Assembly (NCBI GenBank): GCA_035300145.1
Contig: DATGVQ010000242.1
Location: forward strand, 1-59,443
Source: Acidiferrobacterales bacterium
GTDB taxonomy: Bacteria; Pseudomonadota; Gammaproteobacteria; Acidiferrobacterales; DATGVQ01
DNA length: 59,443 nt
Direction: 5' to 3'
Below the pieces are notes generated by a model. It saw only the letters and a program-made list of their open reading frames with translations. It ran no database searches and was not told where the DNA came from. The position numbers were made by a program, and so were the translations under genes. Below, one piece after another: positions 33,148-43,034 of this stretch (positions are counted from its first letter, which is position 1; each line of letters begins with the position of its first letter).

Positions 33148-33647
33148 GACGATCTCTCCCTTGGTATCAGTTTGGTTTCAGTGCATAAGAAATGGCCGGC
33201 ATCGCCTCTGTGAATTAAAAAACAGATCATTAGAAATTGTGTTAATGGTAATTACAGGGACAGCAGCAGGCACCGCCCCTCATTTCAGAGGGAACCGTCG
33301 CCGGCTGGTTTGAATTTGGTGAACGTAAACAGAGGTTAGCCAGTGCAATAAATTGTGGTGGATAAAAATAAAACATCGCGATTATAACCATAGACTTTCA
33401 GCGATCTGGCCACATTGTAGTTTTAGGTTGTGGTCCACGCTGACTTCCACCCCGCCGCTAGTCTACTGCAGATTTTTGCAGAAAGCAAAACCTGCTTTTT
33501 TCATTTACCGATCCCGCAAATCAAAAGCGGGCCCAGGAGTGAAGGCGATGGAATAGCCCCCTATTTGACGCCCTGACCGCACAGACCTATGCTGTTACAA
33601 TACGATAAAAATTCACTCAATCATTACCGCGCTACGGAGAGACTGGC

Positions 33648-34118
33648 ATGAGCAAGGTGAAACTCAATCAACCAATTCCAGACGTCGAAGTACAGGCAAC
33701 GGACGATCAAATATTCAAACTTTCCGATCTTAAAGGCAAAAATGTGGTGCTTTATTTTTATCCCAAGGACAACACTCCGGGGTGCACTACCGAGGGGCAA
33801 GATTTCCGCGATCACTATGACGAATTCGAGACCTTAGATACGGTAATATACGGTGTGTCCAAAGACAGCCTGAAATCGCACGAAGAATTCAAAAGCAAGC
33901 AATGTTTTCCATTTGAATTGATCTCCGACCCTGACGAGAAACTATGCAGGATGTTTGATGTGATCCAAGAAAAGAATATGTATGGAAAAAAAGTCATGGG
34001 CATAGAACGAAGCACCTTTATCATCGATAAAGCCGGCGTCTTGCGCAAAGAATTGCGCAAAGTAAAGGTGGATGGGCATGTAACCGCCGTACTCGGGGAG
34101 ATCAAGAAGCTCAGTTAG
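33648..34118 (+). CDS. bcp: Peroxiredoxin BCP/PrxQ
   Basis: YFYPKDNTPGCTTE and ERSTF motifs. Confidence 0.9.
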   Translation: MSKVKLNQPIPDVEVQATDDQIFKLSDLKGKNVVLYFYPKDNTPGCTTEGQDFRDHYDEFETLDTVIYGVSKDSLKSHEEFKSKQCFPFELISDPDEKLCRMFDVIQEKNMYGKKVMGIERSTFIIDKAGVLRKELRKVKVDGHVTAVLGEIKKLS

Positions 34119-34123
34119 ATCGC

Positions 34124-35515
34124 ATGAAGAAGCCGCAGAAAAAGATCTTCGTGTTGGACACTAACGTCCTCATGCACGATCCGGCTGCTATTTTCCGCTT
34201 TCATGAGCACGATATTTATTTGCCGATTGTGGTATTGGAAGAGCTCGATACCGCGAAAAAAGGCATGTCGGAGGTGGCGCGCAATGTGCGGGAGGTAAGC
34301 CGATTTCTCAATGACTTAATTGAAAAGGCCAACGGCGATCTCGTTAATGGACTAAAGCTGCCGTCTCATTCCGCCGATTTTGAAACCGGCCGCCTATATT
34401 TTTATATGGACGCGGTGCAAAGCCCACTGCCTTCTCTGACCCCGAACACACCGGACAATATTCTACTCGGCATCACCCTCGATTTGGACAAGCAGCATCC
34501 TGACCGAGAAGTCACGCTGGTCTCCAAAGATATCAATTTGCGGATTAAGGCTCATGCGCTTGGTATTCGCGCGGAAGACTACGCCAATGACCAGGTTTTA
34601 GATGACGCCGACCTGCTTTACACCGGCATGGAAAAATTCGGCGCCGATTTCTGGGAAACCCATAGCCACGGCATGGAGTCCTGGAAAAGCGAGGGGCGCA
34701 CTTTTTATCGTGTCAGAGGTCCGCGCGCGTGCGCATGGCGGCCCAACCAATTCCTGTTTGACGATGGCGAGCGTGCGTTCGCAGCGATGGTGCGGAAATT
34801 AGAGGGTGACGCCGCAATCATCGAAGTCGTTAAAGACTATACGGGCGAGCGCAACGCCGTCTGGGGCATCAGCGCCCGTAACCGGGAGCAAAATTTCGCG
34901 CTTAATCTATTGATGGATCCCGAGATCGATTTTATCACTCTGCTGGGTCACGCCGGCACCGGTAAAACATTGCTGACCTTAGCCGCGGCGCTGACGCAAA
35001 CGCTGGAAACGCGGCTCTATACGGAAATTATTATGACCCGCGTGACCGTGCCGGTCGGCGAAGATATCGGATTTCTGCCCGGCACTGAAGAGGAAAAAAT
35101 GGAGCCGTGGATGGGCGCTCTGGAAGACAACCTGGATGTATTAAATCATACCGATGGCCGGGCGCCGAGCGCTTGGGGGCGCGCCGCCACCCATGACTTG
35201 GTGCGCAGCCGCATCCGCATTAAGTCACTTAACTTCATGCGCGGCCGCACGTTCCTGAAAAAATTCATCCTCATTGACGAAGCCCAAAACTTAAGCGCCC
35301 ATCAAATGAAAACGTTGATTACGCGCGCCGGACCAGGCAGCAAAGTAGTGTGCCTCGGCAATATCGCGCAAATCGATACGCCTTATCTGACGGAGACAAC
35401 CTCGGGGCTGACCTATGTGGTGGATCGCTTTAAAGATTGGGAGCACAGCGGCCATGTCACTCTGCAGCGCGGCGAACGTTCCCGGCTGGCGGATTATGCC
35501 ACCGGAATACTTTAG
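34124..35515 (+). CDS. PIN-PhoH family protein
   Basis: VLDTNVL PIN start; GHAGTGKT; GFLPG; MRGRT; DEAQN; ERSRLA. Confidence 0.9.
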   Translation: MKKPQKKIFVLDTNVLMHDPAAIFRFHEHDIYLPIVVLEELDTAKKGMSEVARNVREVSRFLNDLIEKANGDLVNGLKLPSHSADFETGRLYFYMDAVQSPLPSLTPNTPDNILLGITLDLDKQHPDREVTLVSKDINLRIKAHALGIRAEDYANDQVLDDADLLYTGMEKFGADFWETHSHGMESWKSEGRTFYRVRGPRACAWRPNQFLFDDGERAFAAMVRKLEGDAAIIEVVKDYTGERNAVWGISARNREQNFALNLLMDPEIDFITLLGHAGTGKTLLTLAAALTQTLETRLYTEIIMTRVTVPVGEDIGFLPGTEEEKMEPWMGALEDNLDVLNHTDGRAPSAWGRAATHDLVRSRIRIKSLNFMRGRTFLKKFILIDEAQNLSAHQMKTLITRAGPGSKVVCLGNIAQIDTPYLTETTSGLTYVVDRFKDWEHSGHVTLQRGERSRLADYATGIL

Positions 35516-35551
35516 TTTTCTGATTTTCTGTCGTGCCTGCGGCGAAAATTT

Positions 35552-36685
35552 TTAGGCAAATCCTTGCAGTTTCAATTTAAGATCGGTCGGGCTGCTGGCA
35601 TAGTGCAAGGCGACTTCCGGATCGATATCGCCCTTTTTGACTAAGTTAAACAAGCAGGTGTCGAAGCTTAACATGCCCTCCGCCGCGGCGCCCTTTTTAA
35701 TGAGATCGCCCAGATCTTTGATCTTCAGGGGGTCGAGAATCAATTCGCGCGCCAGCGCCGATATCGTCATAACCTCGCACGCCACTACCCGCCCTTGCCC
35801 GCCTTTGCGCGGGATCAAGCGTTGGCCCACCACTCCTTTTAGGTTCTGCGCGAGCTTGGCGCGCATGCCCTGTTGCGCCTCAGGCGGAAATGTGGTGACT
35901 ATACGCGTGATGGTTTCCGCCGCCGCCGGCGAATGTACCGTGGAAAAAACCAGATGGCCGGTTTCCGCGGCCATCATCGCGGTTTCAATGGTTTCCGGAT
36001 CGCGCATCTCGCCGAGAAGAATCACATCGGGATCTTCGCGCAGCGCGGACTTCATCGCATCGGCAAACGAATTAGTATCGATACCCAACTCGCGTTGGGT
36101 AATAATCGAGCGTTTCTCGCTGAATAGAAACTCGATCGGATCTTCGATGGTAATGATGTGGAGGGCCTGTTTATTATTAACCTCGTTGATCAGTGAGGCC
36201 AACGTTGTAGATTTTCCCGAACCGGTGGCGCCGGTGATCAGCACCAGACCCCGCTCTAAAGTCAGAAAATGATTGATAAGGTTGGGCAACATCAATTCCG
36301 ATGGCGTCGGGACTTCCGTATTAATAACGCGCAACACCATGCCGACGCTGCCGCGCTGACGGAAAATATTGGCGCGCACCCGGCCGATGTCTTTAAACCC
36401 GATGGAAAGATCAACCTGATGGTTTTTCTCGAACAGAGCGATCAAATGGGCCGACATCATGGTGCGCGCCAGCTTTTCCATAAAATCCATTGGGAGCTGT
36501 GGAATCTCGCGCACGGCGCGCAAAACCCCGTCAATGCGCAAAACCGGGTGATTACGCGCGCGCAGGTGAATATCCGACGCCTTGTGACGCACCGCCAACG
36601 CCAGCACTTGTCCCAGCAACTTTAGCGGGTCAGCTATATTTATGCCTACCGCCGGGGCGCCGACGGTATTGGTCACTTCGCTCAT
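35552..36685 (-). CDS. PilT/PilU-family type IV pilus ATPase
   Basis: ASDIHL, GATGSGKST, TIEDPIE, LREDPDVILLGEMRD, AAETGHLVFSTVH. Confidence 0.9.
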   Translation of the reverse strand: MSEVTNTVGAPAVGINIADPLKLLGQVLALAVRHKASDIHLRARNHPVLRIDGVLRAVREIPQLPMDFMEKLARTMMSAHLIALFEKNHQVDLSIGFKDIGRVRANIFRQRGSVGMVLRVINTEVPTPSELMLPNLINHFLTLERGLVLITGATGSGKSTTLASLINEVNNKQALHIITIEDPIEFLFSEKRSIITQRELGIDTNSFADAMKSALREDPDVILLGEMRDPETIETAMMAAETGHLVFSTVHSPAAAETITRIVTTFPPEAQQGMRAKLAQNLKGVVGQRLIPRKGGQGRVVACEVMTISALARELILDPLKIKDLGDLIKKGAAAEGMLSFDTCLFNLVKKGDIDPEVALHYASSPTDLKLKLQGFA

Positions 36686-36724
36686 ACCTTTAGTTTAGCC
36701 TATATAAAAATTTGGAACTGCCCC

Positions 36725-36896
36725 TAGCAGGTTGTTGAAAAGTCCATCCTTGGCCTTTTTGACTCGGACCATCCATGGCCCTCGCCCTACGGGCGCTACC
36801 AGGTAGCGCCCAATTTCTCTCCCGGAGAAATTGTCAACGCGCAAAGCAAAAAGCGGCCGCAGGGTGATGAAAAACGAGTTTTTCATCACCCTGCTA
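36725..36896. mobile_element. MITE-like element with a terminal hairpin overlapping the tusA stop codon
   Basis: TAGCAGGTTGTTGAAAAA...TTTTTCATCACCCTGCTA ends; 16-bp perfect stem at 36859-36894 with a CGAG loop. Confidence 0.75.
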
Positions 36897-37133
36897 CCGG
36901 CGATTTCTCTTTCTAATGACAAAAATGAATTCCCCATTCGCTTCGCGGCATTCCAGTAATTCATTCCCAGTTTGCTTGGCAAAGGCCTGAAAATCCTGCA
37001 CTGCGCCGGCATCGGTGGCGACAACCCGCAGTATTTGCCTCTCGGTTAAATCATTCAAAGCTTTTGTCGCGCGCAGGAGAGGCAAGGGGCAATTCAAACC
37101 GCGCGTATCGAGTTCTCGATCATAATCTAACAT
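36894..37133 (-). CDS. tusA: TusA-family sulfur carrier
   Basis: LDTRGLNCPLP motif, 79 aa. Confidence 0.88.
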   Translation of the reverse strand: MLDYDRELDTRGLNCPLPLLRATKALNDLTERQILRVVATDAGAVQDFQAFAKQTGNELLECREANGEFIFVIRKRNRR

Positions 37134-37352
37134 TTTCTTCCTCAGTGTACTGCATGCTTAAACGCGAGGCTTTACTATTTACTTACAAGTATGCGAATGT
37201 TTTTGCTTAATGCAACCTTGCCGGCTAATACAAGTCAAAATTTAGTTACTCTTTTAGTTACTCTTATGGACAAACCATGGCGGCAAAGGCATTATGTATT
37301 CCATATAGGGGAACAGCATTGCCCCGCGACGATAGCATTACGGCCCACGAAT

Positions 37353-38819
37353 ATGTTTCATAATCATTTCCCAAGCTTGGCCCGGCGTTTCGTTCTAATT
37401 GGACTGCTGATGGGCGCAATGGCTGGGGGCACCCACGCCGACATCAGTAATTTGCCCGACCTGGGCGACGAGTCGGCGGCAGTCATTTCTCCCCAACAGG
37501 AACGTAAGCTGGGGGAAGATTCGATACGCCAGGCGCGCCAGTTCCTGGACATTGTCGATGATCCGGAGCTAAAAGAATACATCCAGTCCTTGGGCAATAA
37601 ACTCGTCGCCGCCGACGGCGCGCAGCCGCAAGATTTTCATTTCTTTATCGTCAATGACCCGACTCTCAACGCCTTTGCCGTCCCCGGCGGATTCATCGGC
37701 GTCAATACCGGGCTGATCTTGACTACCCAGAGCGAAGCCGAGCTCGCCGCGGTATTGGCGCACGAAACCGCCCACATCACACAACGGCATTACGCGCGCA
37801 TGATGGCGCAATCGCAGCGCACCTCCGGGCCGGCGATGGCGGCGATCATCGCCAGTATTTTATTGGCGGGCCGGCAAGGCCAGGCGGGAGAGGCGGCGTT
37901 TGCCGTGACCACCGCCACCCTCGCCCAAACGCAGTTGAACTTTACCTACGCCTTTGAGCAAGAGGCCGATCGCATCGGCATCGGCATTTTAGCCGATGCC
38001 GGGTTTGATCCGCGCGCCATGCCGTTATTCTTCGAACGGCTGCAGAACTGGGGGCGGCTCAACGAGAGCAACCTGCCCGCATTTCTGCGCACCCACCCCA
38101 TTACCGGCATGCGTATTTCAGAATCGCGCGACCGCGCCGAGCGCTATCCGCGCCGCTCGTTCCAAGACAGCGCTGAGTTCTACTACGCTCAGGCTAAATT
38201 GCGCGCCATGGGAAAAGGCAATGTCAACGAGATCATCGCCAGCTTTAAACAAATCCTAGAGGAAGGGAAGTCAGGCAACGCCGACGCACAACATTACGGT
38301 TACGCCCTGGCGCTTGCACGCGCTAACAAATTCGACCCGGCGCGCGCCGAAATAGGCGGGTTAATCCAGCGTTATCCGGCAAATATCACTTACCGGATGG
38401 GACAAGCGGAAATCGAACTTGCAGCCGGTAACTATGACCAGGCGCTGAAAATCTACGCCACGGCGCTTAAGACTCATTCTAACTACAAACCACTGGTGCA
38501 GCGTTATGCCGCTACCCTGCTTGAAACCGGACACGCACCACAGGCAAAGGTGTTGTTAAAAGATCTGCTGCGCAAACCTTCGGATGATCCTGCGCTTTAC
38601 AAAATGCTGGCCACCGCTGCGGGTGAAACCGGCGCACAAGTAGAAGCGCACCAAGCCCTGGCCGAGTCTTATTATCTCGATGGCAATACCGGCGCTGCCA
38701 TTGCCCAGTTGCAGATTGCCCTGCGCTTCGCCGGCGATAATTTTTACATTCGCTCCGGGCTCGAAGCCCGCGTCAAAGAAATCAAAGCAGAAGCGGCCCT
38801 ATGGCCAACTTCTCCTTGA
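37353..38819 (+). CDS. bepA: M48 metalloprotease with TPRs (BepA/YfgC)
   Basis: LPDLG, NAFAVPGG, AHETAH zinc motif, EQEAD, THP; C-terminal TPRs. Confidence 0.88.
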   Translation: MFHNHFPSLARRFVLIGLLMGAMAGGTHADISNLPDLGDESAAVISPQQERKLGEDSIRQARQFLDIVDDPELKEYIQSLGNKLVAADGAQPQDFHFFIVNDPTLNAFAVPGGFIGVNTGLILTTQSEAELAAVLAHETAHITQRHYARMMAQSQRTSGPAMAAIIASILLAGRQGQAGEAAFAVTTATLAQTQLNFTYAFEQEADRIGIGILADAGFDPRAMPLFFERLQNWGRLNESNLPAFLRTHPITGMRISESRDRAERYPRRSFQDSAEFYYAQAKLRAMGKGNVNEIIASFKQILEEGKSGNADAQHYGYALALARANKFDPARAEIGGLIQRYPANITYRMGQAEIELAAGNYDQALKIYATALKTHSNYKPLVQRYAATLLETGHAPQAKVLLKDLLRKPSDDPALYKMLATAAGETGAQVEAHQALAESYYLDGNTGAAIAQLQIALRFAGDNFYIRSGLEARVKEIKAEAALWPTSP

Positions 38820-38840
38820 AGTAAGGTTCTGCAATCAGGC

Positions 38841-38869
38841 TTGCCATCTCCACTAAAATTAGGTATTAA
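38841..38869 (+). promoter_or_regulatory. Candidate sigma-70 promoter of the sox operon
   Basis: TTGCCA-N17-TATTAA upstream of the AGGAGG RBS of soxX. Confidence 0.35.
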
Positions 38870-38889
38870 ATAGTCAAATAGGAGGACTA

Positions 38890-39330
38890 TTGCCCAACAT
38901 TGCCAAAATAACTAGCAAAAATGGCATAAGTATCTTTGCCGGCTTGCTATATTTAACCGTCCTAGTACCGGCCTGTCTTCCCCTGCTACTTACTCTGCAA
39001 CCGGCGATGGCGGCGGGCGCCGCGCCCAGCGACAATATCTGTAAAAACGGACCCAAGGATGCCGTTACGCAGGGTGGTTGCGTCGTTATTGACCGAGCGA
39101 AAGGCAATTGCATGGCCTGCCATGATATCGCCGGCACCAGTCTCGCCGGCAACCTTGGGCCGCCGCTCAATTATATGCAACAACGCTTTCCCGATAAGGC
39201 GAAACTACGCGCGCAGATATGGGATGCCACCGCGATCAACCCCCGCACCATCATGCCCCCGTTCGGCAAACATGGTATTCTAACTGAAGAGGAAATCGAC
39301 AAAGTCGTTAAATTCCTGCTGACCTTATAA
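38890..39330 (+). CDS. soxX: SoxX c-type cytochrome
   Basis: KGNCMACH, GNLGPPL, MPPFG; TTG start after AGGAGG. Confidence 0.92.
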   Translation: MPNIAKITSKNGISIFAGLLYLTVLVPACLPLLLTLQPAMAAGAAPSDNICKNGPKDAVTQGGCVVIDRAKGNCMACHDIAGTSLAGNLGPPLNYMQQRFPDKAKLRAQIWDATAINPRTIMPPFGKHGILTEEEIDKVVKFLLTL

Positions 39331-39365
39331 CAAGCAAATTAATTTCTGAGATTTAAGGAAACTCC

Positions 39366-39842
39366 GTGACCAGCCTGAAACGCAGAACCCTATTGAAGAG
39401 CGCCTTAACCATTGGCGCGCTGATGATTACTACCAGCGCCGGGCTGCTAAGATCCATGCGCGCGCTCGCGGCCGACTGGCCGAAGAATGCATTTGAAGCA
39501 AAAACCGGCGAGGATGCAATAAAAAATCTTTATGGCTCCGCGGATATCAGCAGCGAAAAAGTCATCGACCTGGAGGTGCCGTTTCAGGCGGAAAACGGCG
39601 CGGTCGTTCCCATTACCGTGTCCACCGCTTTACCGAATGTCGAGTCCATCAGCATCGTCGTGGAAAAAAATCCGGTGCCTCTCATCGCCAGCGTCAACTT
39701 AAGCAACGGCGCGCGCGGCTATTTCAAGGCACGCATGAAGATGGCGGAAAGTTCAGAGATAAAGGTCTATGTTAAAACCAGCGACAAGTTATACCTGGCC
39801 TCGCAACAGGTCAAAGTAACCGTTGGCGGTTGCGGCGGCTAA
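39366..39842 (+). CDS. soxY: SoxY sulfur carrier
   Basis: Tat motif KRRTLLK; AENGAVVP; C-terminal VKVTVGGCGG. Confidence 0.95.
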   Translation: MTSLKRRTLLKSALTIGALMITTSAGLLRSMRALAADWPKNAFEAKTGEDAIKNLYGSADISSEKVIDLEVPFQAENGAVVPITVSTALPNVESISIVVEKNPVPLIASVNLSNGARGYFKARMKMAESSEIKVYVKTSDKLYLASQQVKVTVGGCGG

Positions 39843-39856
39843 CCCTATTTATTGAT

Positions 39857-40186
39857 ATGGCAGCAGGAACAACGAAGATTAGAGCCCGGCCGAAAGACGG
39901 CGCCATCGAAATCATGGTGCTAGTGAGCCACCCGATGGAAACCGGCCTACGCGTGGATCCGAAAACCAAGGAAAAAATCCCGGCGCATTTTATCCAAAAA
40001 ATGACCTTTGCGCTTAATAATAAGGTAGTAGCGGTCGCTGATCTCGGCACCGGCATTTCCAAAGACCCGCTGATTACGGTTTTGGTGAATGCCAAACCGG
40101 GCGATAAGGTAAAGGCCGCATGGACCGACAACAAAGGCGACAGCGGCAGCGCCGCAACCATCGTCGGTCGAGAAACCAGCGGATAA
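39857..40186 (+). CDS. soxZ: SoxZ
   Basis: HPMETGLR, IPAHFI, ISKDP, WTDNKG. Confidence 0.94.
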   Translation: MAAGTTKIRARPKDGAIEIMVLVSHPMETGLRVDPKTKEKIPAHFIQKMTFALNNKVVAVADLGTGISKDPLITVLVNAKPGDKVKAAWTDNKGDSGSAATIVGRETSG

Positions 40187-40216
40187 CGCATACGGGTAAT
40201 GCCGGAGAATAGCGGG

Positions 40217-41053
40217 ATGATAAAATTTCTAACCACCCTCACGGCGATAGCACTTGCTGTAGGGCTGACAACGATAGCGCAAGCGAGTCCGGAATCGGAT
40301 TTAGCCGAATTTCAGGCCTTCTTTAAGAAAAAATTTCCCGAGGTCCGGTTTCAGGACTTCTCCAACGGCGTCTATGCCGTTAACAAGGAGCTGCGCGCCG
40401 AATGGGAAAAAATTATGGAATTCCCTCCTTATGAGCTCGGCCTGGAAAACGGTAAAAAAATATGGGAAACGCCATTCAAGAACGGTAGGACCTTCGCCAG
40501 TTGCTTCAAAAAAGGCGGCAAAAACATCGCTCAATATTATCCCTATTGGGATGAAGATACTCAGCAAGTTAAAACCCTGGAAATGGAAATCAACGAATGC
40601 TTGAAGAGAAACGGCGAACCGGAATTCAAAGATTTGGAAAAAGGCGATCTGGCCGAAGTCACCGCCTATATGAAATCCCTGTCGCGCGGAAAAAAGGTGG
40701 AAATCGATTTATCCCGGCCGGGCGCGGTGGAGGCTTATGAAAAAGGCAAACAATATTATTGGTCACGGCGCGGGCAACTGAATTTCGCCTGCGCCCATTG
40801 CCATATCGACAACTCCGGCAGCAGAATCCGCGGCAACGTATTAAGCCCGGGCCTCGGTCACGGTGTCGGCTGGCCGGCATACCGCTCCGACTGGGGACAA
40901 ATCAGCACGCTTCACCGCCGCTACGCCGGCTGCAACGCGCAAATCCGCGCGAAACCACTGCCGCCCCAGAGCGAGACCTACCGGAATCTGGAACTATACG
41001 AAACCTACCTGAACGCGGGTTTGCCGTTGGTTGCACCCAGCCAGCGCTATTAA
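40217..41053 (+). CDS. soxA: SoxA, monoheme type
   Basis: RRGQLNFACAHCH, IRGNVL, WPAYR, active-site GCNAQIRA; the first heme site reads FASCF (no CxxCH). Confidence 0.93.
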   Translation: MIKFLTTLTAIALAVGLTTIAQASPESDLAEFQAFFKKKFPEVRFQDFSNGVYAVNKELRAEWEKIMEFPPYELGLENGKKIWETPFKNGRTFASCFKKGGKNIAQYYPYWDEDTQQVKTLEMEINECLKRNGEPEFKDLEKGDLAEVTAYMKSLSRGKKVEIDLSRPGAVEAYEKGKQYYWSRRGQLNFACAHCHIDNSGSRIRGNVLSPGLGHGVGWPAYRSDWGQISTLHRRYAGCNAQIRAKPLPPQSETYRNLELYETYLNAGLPLVAPSQRY

Positions 41054-41162
41054 TTTTTGAACCAATCACACCCGTGCCTGGCCCGACCTCGGGCTTTTCA
41101 TATTGGCTTACCGCAAGCGGCAGTCTATCCTCATAGACGATGATAGTAATAAAGGATAAGCA

Positions 41163-42899
41163 ATGAATCTTTCCCGCCGCGAATTCCTGCAACTGTTAGC
41201 GGTCGCAGGCAGCAGCGGTTTTGGACTGCCTGGTTGCGACAACTTCAAGACCGGCGTGACTAACTCGGAAAGCGATCTCTATGAAATCCCCCCGTTCGGC
41301 AATGTCAGTCTGCTGCACTTTACCGACAGTCATGCGCAACTCAAGCCGGTTTATTTCCGCGAACCGAATATCAATATCGGCGTCGGCGAGGCCGCCGGCA
41401 AGCCGCCTCACTTGGTCGGTGAGGCGCTACTGAAAGAATTCAATCTCAGCTCCGCAAGCATCCAATCCTATGCCTTGACCTATTTGAATTTTACTGAAGC
41501 GGCGCATCAATACGGAAAGATAGGCGGTTTCGCGCATTTAGCCACTCTGATCAAGATTCTGCGCGAGCAACGGCCGGGCGGCACTTTGCTGCTTGATGGT
41601 GGCGACACCTGGCAGGGATCAGCAACCTCGCTCTGGACGCGCGGCCAGGATATGGTGGACGCGCAAAAACTGCTGGGCGTGGATATCATGACCGGGCATT
41701 GGGAATTCACTTACGGGGTGGGGCGGATGAAAGAAATTATCGCTACCGACTTCAACGGAAAAATCGAATTCCTCGCGCAAAACGTCAATGACGCTACCTG
41801 GGGTGATTTGATCTTTAAACCTTATGTCATAAAACCGGTCAACGGGGTTCCTGTCGCTGTTATCGGTCAGGCCTATCCCTACACGCCTATCGCCAATCCG
41901 CGTTATTTGTTTCCGGATTGGAGCTTCGGCATTAATGAAGCCCACATGCAAAAAACCGCCGACAAGGCGCGCGCGGAAGGCGCCAAAATAGTAGTGCTGC
42001 TATCGCACAACGGCGTGGACATCGACTTAAAAATGGCGCGCCGCGTCAGCGGCGTCGACGTGATCCTGGGCGGACACACGCATGACGCCATGCCCGCGCC
42101 CAGTCTGGTCGCCAACGCCGGCGGCAAAACCCTGGTCATCAATTCCGGATCGCATGGCAAATTCCTCTCAGTCCTGGATCTGGATGTTACAGGCGGGAGG
42201 TTGCGCGATTATCGCTATTACTTACTGCCGGTGTTTTCCAATCTGATCACCCCGGATGCGAAGATGGCGGCCTATATCGAGAAAATCCGTGCGCCCTATA
42301 AAACCAAGCTGGAAGAAAAATTAGCCGTCACCGACAGCCTCTTGTACCGGCGCGGCAACTTCAACGGCACCTTCGATCAATTAATCCTCGACGCTTTGCT
42401 GACAGTAAAAGGCGCCGATATCGCCTTCTCGCCCGGCTTCCGCTGGGGCGCGACTTTGTTGCCCGGCGACACCATTACCATGGAAGACTTGATGAACCAA
42501 ACCGCGATTACCTACGCCACCGCTACGCGCAGCGAGCGCACCGGCGCGCAAATTAAAAATATCCTCGAAGACATCGCCGATAACCTGTTCAACAAGGATC
42601 CTTATTATCAACAGGGCGGCGACATGGTGCGGGTCGGCGGGCTGCGCTACAGCATCGGCCCGAACGAAGATATAGGAAAACGGATTTCTGATTTGCAGCT
42701 CGCCAACGGCAAACCTTTGGAAGCGAGAAAAACCTATAAAGTGGCGGGCTGGGCCAGCATCGAGCCGCAAACGTCCGGCACACCGGTTTGGGACATCGTC
42801 GCACAATACTTACGCCGTAAAAAAACTATCCGCGTCGATGCGCCCAACACACCCAAACTCAAAGGCGTCCGCAGTAATCCAGGTTATGGCGTGGGGTAA
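41163..42899 (+). CDS. soxB: SoxB thiosulfohydrolase
   Basis: Tat SRREFL; HFTDSHAQL, DGGDTWQG, HWEFT, SHNG, GGHTH, RRGNFNG, YQQGGDMVR. Confidence 0.95.
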   Translation: MNLSRREFLQLLAVAGSSGFGLPGCDNFKTGVTNSESDLYEIPPFGNVSLLHFTDSHAQLKPVYFREPNINIGVGEAAGKPPHLVGEALLKEFNLSSASIQSYALTYLNFTEAAHQYGKIGGFAHLATLIKILREQRPGGTLLLDGGDTWQGSATSLWTRGQDMVDAQKLLGVDIMTGHWEFTYGVGRMKEIIATDFNGKIEFLAQNVNDATWGDLIFKPYVIKPVNGVPVAVIGQAYPYTPIANPRYLFPDWSFGINEAHMQKTADKARAEGAKIVVLLSHNGVDIDLKMARRVSGVDVILGGHTHDAMPAPSLVANAGGKTLVINSGSHGKFLSVLDLDVTGGRLRDYRYYLLPVFSNLITPDAKMAAYIEKIRAPYKTKLEEKLAVTDSLLYRRGNFNGTFDQLILDALLTVKGADIAFSPGFRWGATLLPGDTITMEDLMNQTAITYATATRSERTGAQIKNILEDIADNLFNKDPYYQQGGDMVRVGGLRYSIGPNEDIGKRISDLQLANGKPLEARKTYKVAGWASIEPQTSGTPVWDIVAQYLRRKKTIRVDAPNTPKLKGVRSNPGYGVG

Positions 42900-43034
42900 G
42901 GGTGTATTCCCGCAGAAGGCCGTGCCAGAAGAACGATAGGATTAACCAAGCTGGGCGCGGATTTGGCTTGGCCTACCCCTAACCCCACATAGCTTTTGAG
43001 ACCGTTCTTTTGTCCGGATAATCGAGCGCGTCCG

